In this document: positions 35,654-42,600 of the stretch, piece by piece | Position numbering within the stretch: the stretch's first letter is position 1 | Layout of the letters: each line of letters starts with the position of its first letter | NCBI GenBank assembly: GCA_964442255.1 | Contig: CAYTYC010000011.1 | Coordinates: forward strand, 1 to 42,600 | Direction of reading: 5' to 3' | Origin: an uncultured archaeon | Lineage (GTDB): Archaea; Iainarchaeota; Iainarchaeia; Iainarchaeales; 1-14-0-10-31-34 | DNA: 42,600 bases | Made by a program: the position numbers and the translations under genes | The notes under the pieces: generated by a model | What the model was told of the DNA's origin: nothing | Seen by the model: the letters and a program-made list of their open reading frames with translations, nothing else | The model's database searches: none

Positions 35654-36036
35654 TTTTTGACTACCACCAGATAGGCAAACGGTTTCTTCCAATAATTCCA
35701 GTCAAAATTGGGGGTGGCGGCATTAAGCTGATTGAAACGGAAGCGTATGTTGACTCTGGGGCCGGTTTTTCGGCTTTCCATACTGCCATTGCAGAACTTG
35801 CCGGTATTGATTACAAAAAAGGGGGGCTCGTTTATCCAAAGGTAACAGCCGGGCACATTAAGGCGCATAAAGTGGCTGCTGAGCTTGCCATTGGAAGCAC
35901 TAAATTTAAATGCAGTGTGCTGTTTTCCAAGGGGCTAATGACAAGGTTTAACCTGCTTGGCTTGAAGGGAGTTTTCGACAATTTCAAACTAACGTTTGAC
36001 AACAAAAAGAAGAAACTAACGTTTGAAGAAAACTAA
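35644..36036 (+). CDS. Retropepsin-like aspartic protease
   Basis: PIIPV, catalytic motif AYVDSGA and NLLG..GVFDNF. Overlaps the DUF5678-like gene. Confidence 0.82.
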   Translation: MVLVFDYHQIGKRFLPIIPVKIGGGGIKLIETEAYVDSGAGFSAFHTAIAELAGIDYKKGGLVYPKVTAGHIKAHKVAAELAIGSTKFKCSVLFSKGLMTRFNLLGLKGVFDNFKLTFDNKKKKLTFEEN

Positions 36037-36146
36037 TCAGCTGATCTTTCCCCCAACCCGCTTCACAAAAGCAAATCCAAAAAAAACAGAAAAAGCGGTT
36101 GATTCCTGCAGCGGGAACCAGCCTGATTCAAAAGGCAGTTTTTGCT

Positions 36147-36443
36147 TTACCACCAGGCCATTGGCGCTGTTCCGATGAGTGTTCTCTCAAAGGAAACTTT
36201 TCCCCATGTCAAGTCGTCTTTAAAGCAAACAACCTGTGGCTCCCAATTGTCGCTTCCGCCGCCAAAATTCACTCTTTGCTTGTCTATGAGTGCCCTTGGA
36301 ACAATTTTTTGCTTGTCAATTAAAACCTTTGTTCCGCCGCTTGTTTTTCCCCATATAACGTCGTCAGAGCTGCTGGCATGCAAGCCAACTGCCGCAAAAG
36401 CAAGCACTGCAGCAATTATCCCAATTAAAACCAAGTTCTTCAT
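36147..36443 (-). CDS. Small secreted hypothetical protein
   Basis: Signal peptide, AGGAGG ribosome-binding site upstream and short internal repeats (DD..WGK.S and LIDKQ). Confidence 0.6.
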   Translation of the reverse strand: MKNLVLIGIIAAVLAFAAVGLHASSSDDVIWGKTSGGTKVLIDKQKIVPRALIDKQRVNFGGGSDNWEPQVVCFKDDLTWGKVSFERTLIGTAPMAWW

Positions 36444-36495
36444 GGCCCAAACCTCCTGTAGTATTGAAAGGATTGCTTTAATTAGTGCTTAACCC

Positions 36496-36876
36496 CTAAA
36501 GCTTTTCCAGCGCCTTTTCCACTTCCCCCAGCGCTTTCTTTTTTTTCCACTCCACAGGGACTCCGATTATCTTCAACCCCTTTAATTCCCCCAGCTTTTC
36601 CTTCAGTCCCAAATATAGCCCGAAATCAAAGTCATGCATGGAGGTGCGGTTCAAAAAATCAAAGCCCTTCAAAGAATCAAAAACGCGGACTTCTTTCAAT
36701 CCCTGCACTGCATCCAGTATTACCACTTTCCCCCAGTCCTCCACTTCATCCAGTTCCCGGGGCTCCTGCACTTCCCTTACTTCAAACCCTTTTTTCTCCA
36801 GTTCTTTCCCCAGCTCCAAAGCAATTGAATCCCCTTTAAGCAGGGGATTCCCGAACACAAGCACTTTGCGCTTCAT
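36496..36876 (-). CDS. Hydrogenase maturation protease-like protein (HyaD/HycI fold)
   Basis: VFGNPLLKGD, VILDAV and SMHDF, located near the hydrogenase genes. Confidence 0.8.
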   Translation of the reverse strand: MKRKVLVFGNPLLKGDSIALELGKELEKKGFEVREVQEPRELDEVEDWGKVVILDAVQGLKEVRVFDSLKGFDFLNRTSMHDFDFGLYLGLKEKLGELKGLKIIGVPVEWKKKKALGEVEKALEKL

Positions 36877-36916
36877 CCAAATAATCTTTTAAGGACTTAT
36901 CCATTTTAACTCTTAC

Positions 36917-37819
36917 ATGTCCCACAGGAAAGGCGTTTTCCTTGCATTTCTTGCCGCATTGGTGAGCGGAGCCTCAATTTTCCTGAATTCCTTTGCTGTC
37001 CAGCCTTTTGACCCTTTTTTGTTCACTTCCCTGAAAAACGTTCTGGTTGTCGTTCTTCTCTTTGCAGTCTTCCTTTTCCTGAAAGATTTGAGCTCATTTA
37101 AGCTCCTTAAAAGAAAACACTGGCTCCAGCTCGCGTTAATCGGTTTAATCGGCGGAAGCATTCCCTTCCTTTTATTCTTTTACGCGTTGTCCCTTACGAC
37201 AGTGGTTAACGCCGCCTTCATTCACAAGCTCTTGTTTTTGTTTGTGACAGCCCTTGCGGTTGTGTTTTTGAAGGAAAGGTTCAGCAAAAAAATCTTTTTT
37301 GGGGCGGTTCTCCTGCTTTCCGCAAACATCCTGCTTTTCGGGATAAATGTCGTGCAGTTCACCTTCATTGACCTCTTAATTCTAACAGCCACCGTTTTCT
37401 GGGCGGCTGAAAACGTGATAAGCAAGCGCGTTTTAAAGGAGCTTTCCGGGCTGCAGGTGGCTTTCGGGAGAATGTTTTTCGGTTCGCTTTTCCTTTTTGG
37501 GTTTCTTTTTTTCACCGGAAGAATTGAACTGATTCCTTCACTTTCCCTTTCCCACTTTTTTTGGGTTTTCCTGACCGCGGGCTTCCTCTTCGCTTACGTT
37601 CTTTTCTGGTACTCCGGCCTGAAGCTCATTCCCGCCTCAACCGCGGCCTCAATCCTTTTAATTGGCCTTCCCGTTACCGCAACCCTTAACGCGGTTTTCC
37701 TTGGAAAAAGCATTCTCCCTCTGCAGGCCCTTGCTTTCCTTTTGTTGTTCCTTGGAATAACTTTTTTCCTTTCCCCGCAGAAAAATTTTTCCTCCCTTAA
37801 AACCAAACCCTTTGGTTGA
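36917..37819 (+). CDS. EamA/DMT family transporter
   Basis: About ten TM segments in two EamA-like repeats (LAVVFLKER and AVFLGKS). Confidence 0.88.
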   Translation: MSHRKGVFLAFLAALVSGASIFLNSFAVQPFDPFLFTSLKNVLVVVLLFAVFLFLKDLSSFKLLKRKHWLQLALIGLIGGSIPFLLFFYALSLTTVVNAAFIHKLLFLFVTALAVVFLKERFSKKIFFGAVLLLSANILLFGINVVQFTFIDLLILTATVFWAAENVISKRVLKELSGLQVAFGRMFFGSLFLFGFLFFTGRIELIPSLSLSHFFWVFLTAGFLFAYVLFWYSGLKLIPASTAASILLIGLPVTATLNAVFLGKSILPLQALAFLLLFLGITFFLSPQKNFSSLKTKPFG

Positions 37820-37823
37820 ACCC

Positions 37824-38609
37824 ATGAACGGACTGGAGTTGTTCGGAAAGTTTGCCTTCAGGCCCAACCAATTGAAGTACTGCGGCGAGGAAGGATTTTG
37901 GAAGCATTTCCTCCAGTACCTGAATTCCGGTGAAACTGAAGAAAACCTGCGCTCAAAAATGAAATCCTTTCCTGTTGCCTTCCCTTTTCTTTCCCTTATC
38001 GCAAGAAAAAACTGCGCGGAAGATTTTTTGGATGAAAGGGTTGTGGAGGCCTACTGGATTGGGAACAGCCTTTTGGAGCAGGTTAAGGCAGAGGACATCA
38101 ACAAACTGGTTTTGAATGAGCTTACAAAGAATGAATCCCTGCAGGAAAACATCGCACAGGAAATAGCCAAAAAAATCCCTTTTTCCGCCTTTTCCCACCA
38201 TTCCCTGCACGTTTTTTTGCTCCATGCAGCCTCCGGAACCGAGCCCCGGATGGCTAAGCACCTGGATTCCTGCAGAATTTCCTGGGGCGAGGTTCTGAAG
38301 GTTAAGGGCGAAACCCGGATGGCTAAGCACCTGGATTCCTGCAGAATTTCCTGGGGCGAGGTTCTGAAGGTTAAGGGCGAAAAGGCCACAGTTCTTTTCA
38401 ATCCCATCTCCCGTTCAAACGGAAAATTCCTGCTTTCAGAGCCAAAGGAAAAAGAAATTGCTGTCCCAAAGGAATTCAGCCTTCAATTGGAGAGAGGCGA
38501 TTTTGCTGCCTTTCACTGGAATACTGCGGCGGTAAAGCTTTCCCCAAAGCAATTAGCGAATTTAAAAAAGTACACGGAACACAACCTGAAAGCAGTGAAC
38601 TCATTTTAG
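37824..38609 (+). CDS. DUF6390-like protein with a HypC-like C-terminal part
   Basis: FAFRPNQLKYCG, VVEAYWIGNSLL, HHSLH, CRISWGEV and FHW. Confidence 0.78.
   Translation: MNGLELFGKFAFRPNQLKYCGEEGFWKHFLQYLNSGETEENLRSKMKSFPVAFPFLSLIARKNCAEDFLDERVVEAYWIGNSLLEQVKAEDINKLVLNELTKNESLQENIAQEIAKKIPFSAFSHHSLHVFLLHAASGTEPRMAKHLDSCRISWGEVLKVKGETRMAKHLDSCRISWGEVLKVKGEKATVLFNPISRSNGKFLLSEPKEKEIAVPKEFSLQLERGDFAAFHWNTAAVKLSPKQLANLKKYTEHNLKAVNSF
38245..38382 (+). repeat. Perfect 69-bp in-frame tandem duplication
   Basis: 38245-38313 equals 38314-38382, duplicating RMAKHLDSCRISWGEVLKVKGE. Confidence 0.92.
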
Positions 38610-38822
38610 CGGCTTTTTCTTTTTGAGTGCGTTCAAAACCTTTGCAGTCTGCCTTTCATCCTCTTTGCTTAGCTCTTCAATCACTATCCTGCCTTTGAGC
38701 AAAACAAAGCTTCCCTTCCTCGCGCCAATAAGGTTTTTTGCCTCGATAAGCTGTTCCCCGAACCTTACCAGTGCAATTCCTTCCCTTTCTTCAGCCACTT
38801 TTCCCGGGAGAGTGAGGCACAT
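38601..38822 (-). CDS. hypC: HypC/HybG/HupF family hydrogenase chaperone (divergent)
   Basis: 73-aa protein with an MCLTLPGKV N-terminus and G.FVL. The usual His is absent. Confidence 0.85.
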   Translation of the reverse strand: MCLTLPGKVAEEREGIALVRFGEQLIEAKNLIGARKGSFVLLKGRIVIEELSKEDERQTAKVLNALKKKKPLK

Positions 38823-39278
38823 GCTAAAAGAAAGGCTGAATCAGTTTATAATGTTTATTTATTTTTCAGAACCCTTATTTTTTCCACCCATAAACAAATT
38901 CATCAACCCTTTGGCTTGCATTTTCATTCCCGGTGCCCCAATCGAACGGCTTCAAATCCGGAATACTCCCTTTCTTTTTCTTTTTTCCTTTTTTACGTCT
39001 TCTGCGTATTGTTTTTTTGTTTATCTTCTTGCCCCCATTAAGTGTTTCAGCAGTTTGGCTTAAACCTGTGGGAGGGGGGCGGATTTCCTTTGAAGGCCTG
39101 GGGCGGGGGCGGAGCGCGGTGCGGCCTCTTTTTCCGGGGCGCAGCACAGGCTTTGGTTATGTAGAAGTTGAGGGTGTTTTTTTGCTGTTTTCCTTGCCCT
39201 TTTCCCAAATATTCAATGACTTGCCGCGGGAAAACCCTGTGCTTGCCGACTTAAATTAAGTTTTGGCTATTTAATGGT

Positions 39279-42140
39279 TTACTCCAGCACAATCGCCGGC
39301 TTCAATGGGAAAGCCCCGGAAGCCTTTTTTTCCTTGCTTTTTTCCGCTTTCTCCACTTCCGCTTCGCACCCGAACTCTTTTCCGATGAATTCCGACGCAT
39401 TTTGCAGGAGCCTGAATTCATCCACTTTCTCAAACCCTTCCAGTTCGTTCACTTTCTTCATCACCTGCTGCAAAAAGCCCTGCATTTCTTTCCCTCTTTG
39501 CTTGAACTGCTTTTCCTTCATCAGCTTTCCCATGGCTTCCCTGAACCCCGGTTTTTCTTCCCTTTCCCCCATTTTCTTCACTTTTTCCAATGCCTTCCAC
39601 TTCCATTCCGGCGCAACAATTATTTTTGCCTTTTTGAACTTCTTTCCCTTCAATAATCCCTTAATGTAGTTGACGTCCTCCAAAACCCCTTCAATTAATT
39701 CCTCGCCTTTCTCTATCCCCGGGTTTTCTTTTACATTAAACCCATTCATTTTTTCGGCGGAAACCAGGCTTTTCTTCTTTAAAACCGAATGCCACAATTC
39801 TTCAGCCAAATGCGGGGCAAACGGAGCCAAAGCCTTCACCCATTCCTCCGCCAATTCCCCTGCCAATTTCCTGTTTCCCCCTCCCCTTCTCCTGTACCAG
39901 GCGAAAAATTTGGGGAGGCCGAAGAAAACGATTTCAGCTGAATTCCTTAAATCCATTTCCTCCATTTTTTCCGCAAATTCCTGCAGCCTTTTTTCCGCCT
40001 TATATTTTAACCATTCATCAAGCCCGCTGTCCTTTGGGCCCTTCACCGTGAGGGCGTTCTCCAGCGCGTTGGCAAGCCGCTCCAGAGCCTTCCTGTATTT
40101 TTCCGCCGCAACAGAATCAAATTCTATGTCCGCGAAAGGGCTTCCCGCATGGCAGTAGTACAGCCTTAACGCGTCCACGGAAAACCTTTCCGCCAAGTTG
40201 TGCAGGCTTTCCGCGCCTCCCTTGCTTTTGCTTATCTTTCCGCTTTTTCCCGTAACCCACCAGTTCACGAAAATTCCCTTTGGCCAGTGTTCTTTTCTCA
40301 TCACAGCCACGTGGTTAAACAGGAACACCGGGAAGTGCACGGTTTTGTGCTCTTTTCCCCCAAGGTTGATGTCCAATGGATGCCAGTACTCAAACTCTTT
40401 TTTCACTTCCTCAACCACTTTCCTTTTTGCCTTGCTTTTCTTTACAATGTCCCCGGTTTTCCCTTTCCCCAAAAACACGTAGTCAAAGAATTCCTCAGTC
40501 AAATGCTTTTCCCTTAATTTCCCTGAATTCACGTAATTTGAGAAGGTGTAAGCCAGGGGATACAGTGTTGAGTCCGAAATTGGTTCAATTATCCATTTTT
40601 CGTCGAACGGAAATTTTGTGCCGAGCCAGTTTCCCTGCCTGACGCATGCCCTGTCCTTGAACCAGTCCAATACCCCGGGAAGCTCTTTTTTGTACTGTTC
40701 CGGAAAAATTTTCATTTCTTCCGCGTGCTTTTTTGTTTTTTCCGTTAACTCCTTGTCGCCGTATTTGATGAACCATTGGTCCGGAATGCTTACAATTACC
40801 GCCTCTTTTCCGCACCTGCACACAACCTTTTCGCTGAAGCCCAGAAGCCTTTCCGCTTTTCCCCTTGAAACAAGCATTCCGATGATTTCTTCCTTGACTT
40901 CGCTTATTTTCCTGCCCTTCATTTCCCCGTACAATTCATTTAATGTTCCGGAATGGAATTCTTTTTTGTACGATTCTTCCGTGGCTTTCTCCAGCTCTTC
41001 CCTTTGGCTTAAGGAATTTATTTTCATCTGCCCGCAGATTTCCTTTGCCGGAAGTTTCCCGAATCCGGGAACATCGATTAAGGGAACAGGCTCAATTTTT
41101 CCCAGTTCTTCCGCGTTCACTCCCTGCTTCTCCAGTTCCTTTGCGTTTTCTTTCGCTTCCTTTAACGCAATGAAGTCCCACGGCGCGTGTGCCGGCACGC
41201 CCATCACTATTCCTGTCCCCATGGAAGGCTCAACGAATTCCGAGGGAAGTATGGGAATTTCTTCCCCTGTCACAAGGCTTTTCGCCTTTGCCCCGATTAA
41301 TTCCTTTGCCTCAACTGTTTTCCCCAAATCCCTTAACCCTTTCCACTGGTATTTCAGCTTTTCAAATGATTTCCTTGGCAGAAGCCATTTTTCCCCCCTG
41401 ATTTCCGAAACCACCAGCCCCGCTTTCGGGTTAACCCAAAGGTTTGTCACCCCGTAAACTGTTTCCGCCCTTAAGGTTGCTGCAGGCAGAATGTATTCCC
41501 CTGCCCTGAATTTAAGAGCAACATACTCCAGTGTTTCCGCGGTTCCGCCCTGCTGCAAATCCGTTTCTGCGGCGTCAATTGCAATCGGGCCGCATTGGGG
41601 GCACGCTGGACCAAAATGCGGCTTTTGAACAAGCAAGTCCTTTTCCCTTAATTTTTTGAACTGCCATTCAATGAATTTCCCGTACTCGGGGCCTGTTGTT
41701 GTAATAAGCCTGCTTTCGTCAATCAAATACCCGAATTTCCGGAAAAAATCGTTCACGTAAACTTTGCTGAAAAACTCGACAACCTTTTCCGGCTGCTCCA
41801 ATTCTGAAATCTTTTTTTCGCTTAACCCGTAATCCTTGAGCTGTGCGATTGTGTTTTCCTCTTTTCTCTGCACTTTTCCCGCGTACGCAACTGCAGGCAG
41901 GCCTGAAGCATGGAATCCAACCGGGAAGAGAACATTGAATCCCTGCATGCGCTTGAACCTTGTGATTACATCACTGTAAGTGAAGCCGCGCATGTGCCCC
42001 ACATGCAAAAAGCCTGAAATGCCGGGATAGGCGAATATCAGGAAGAATTTTTTGCCTTTTCCCGGCTTTGCCTCCGCTAACCCCTTTTTTTCCCATTCTT
42101 TCTGCCATTTTGCGGTTATTTTCCCGAAATCCAGTTTCAT
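39279..42140 (-). CDS. leuS: Leucyl-tRNA synthetase (archaeal type)
   Basis: HIGH-like HVGH, KMSKS-like KISKS, CP1 editing motifs ATLRAETVYG and GTGIVMGVPAHAPWD, and C-terminal AFPLKPAI. Confidence 0.96.
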   Translation of the reverse strand: MKLDFGKITAKWQKEWEKKGLAEAKPGKGKKFFLIFAYPGISGFLHVGHMRGFTYSDVITRFKRMQGFNVLFPVGFHASGLPAVAYAGKVQRKEENTIAQLKDYGLSEKKISELEQPEKVVEFFSKVYVNDFFRKFGYLIDESRLITTTGPEYGKFIEWQFKKLREKDLLVQKPHFGPACPQCGPIAIDAAETDLQQGGTAETLEYVALKFRAGEYILPAATLRAETVYGVTNLWVNPKAGLVVSEIRGEKWLLPRKSFEKLKYQWKGLRDLGKTVEAKELIGAKAKSLVTGEEIPILPSEFVEPSMGTGIVMGVPAHAPWDFIALKEAKENAKELEKQGVNAEELGKIEPVPLIDVPGFGKLPAKEICGQMKINSLSQREELEKATEESYKKEFHSGTLNELYGEMKGRKISEVKEEIIGMLVSRGKAERLLGFSEKVVCRCGKEAVIVSIPDQWFIKYGDKELTEKTKKHAEEMKIFPEQYKKELPGVLDWFKDRACVRQGNWLGTKFPFDEKWIIEPISDSTLYPLAYTFSNYVNSGKLREKHLTEEFFDYVFLGKGKTGDIVKKSKAKRKVVEEVKKEFEYWHPLDINLGGKEHKTVHFPVFLFNHVAVMRKEHWPKGIFVNWWVTGKSGKISKSKGGAESLHNLAERFSVDALRLYYCHAGSPFADIEFDSVAAEKYRKALERLANALENALTVKGPKDSGLDEWLKYKAEKRLQEFAEKMEEMDLRNSAEIVFFGLPKFFAWYRRRGGGNRKLAGELAEEWVKALAPFAPHLAEELWHSVLKKKSLVSAEKMNGFNVKENPGIEKGEELIEGVLEDVNYIKGLLKGKKFKKAKIIVAPEWKWKALEKVKKMGEREEKPGFREAMGKLMKEKQFKQRGKEMQGFLQQVMKKVNELEGFEKVDEFRLLQNASEFIGKEFGCEAEVEKAEKSKEKKASGAFPLKPAIVLE

Positions 42141-42335
42141 TTAAGAGTTAAAGCAGATAAACTGCTTTAATTGTTTGGGTTTTTGTGTTTGGCTGACGGC
42201 TTTTAAAGCAGTTTTTTTTTGCGGGTTTTGGAAGGAGTGGGCAGCCAAATGCAGGCAGAACCCGGGTTACGGGCATGGATGGGTTTTATAAGCATTTTTC
42301 AAGCCATTTTTACTTGCGTTTGGCGGTTGTGTTTT

Positions 42336-42600
42336 ATGCTTAAGAGGAAAATTACTAAAAAAAAAGTGATTGAAAAACTGCGGGAAGGCGCGTACATTAA
42401 AGGCGCTGTTTTTGACAATAAAGCTTTCCGTAAGGATCTTAAAGCAATAAGATTTGATTTGCGGGATGCGGTTTTGACTGGTGTTCGGATGGATCGTGCG
42501 GATTTGCGGGATGCGGTTTTGACTGGTGTTCGGATGGATCGTGCGGATTTGCGGGATGCGGTTTTGACTGGTGTTCGGATGGATCGTGCGGATTTGCGGG
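42336..42600 (+). CDS. Pentapeptide-repeat protein (truncated by the window end)
   Basis: Manual translation gives MLKRKITKKKVIEKLREG...DLRD-AVLTG-VRMDR-ADLRD repeats. The frame is open to the window end. Confidence 0.8.
   Translation, partial: MLKRKITKKKVIEKLREGAYIKGAVFDNKAFRKDLKAIRFDLRDAVLTGVRMDRADLRDAVLTGVRMDRADLRDAVLTGVRMDRADLR
42456..42600 (+). repeat. 45-bp perfect tandem repeat (at least 3.2 copies)
   Basis: GATTTGCGGGATGCGGTTTTGACTGGTGTTCGGATGGATCGTGCG at 42456, 42501 and 42546, plus a partial copy at 42591. Confidence 0.92.

Noticed and set aside
38875..39259. Short ORFs on both strands between hypC and leuS
   Set aside because: They are low-complexity and mutually overlapping, with no family signal or clear start.

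Overview
Fragment of an archaeal genome, most likely a DPANN lineage (inferred from archaeal LeuRS and PGK, class III signal peptides and compact overlapping operons), with one 100-N scaffold gap at 25879-25978. The left third holds a KaiC-like ATPase pair and a Tad/type IV pilus locus. That locus has a VirB11/TadA ATPase, two platform proteins, one probable major pilin, five pilin-like genes including a vWA adhesin, a lipoprotein and a Lys-rich wHTH protein. A UbiA prenyltransferase, two paralogous FN3 surface proteins, an ABC-2 exporter and several secreted proteins follow. The right third holds a gap-pgk-group 3b [NiFe] hydrogenase operon, an unusual accessory cluster (protease, EamA transporter, DUF6390-like protein, His-less HypC), leuS and a truncated pentapeptide-repeat gene. 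The most unusual signals are: (1) a CRISPR-like array with a 74-bp period (35-bp repeat, 39-bp spacers) built from the tadB-stop/tadC-start junction, with no cas genes in the window; (2) a dispersed palindromic element, one copy of which looks like a 90-bp in-frame insertion in the hydrogenase small subunit; (3) a HypC-like domain inside the DUF6390-like protein, suggesting a non-canonical hydrogenase maturation module; (4) several orphan IS200/IS605-end-like hairpins.
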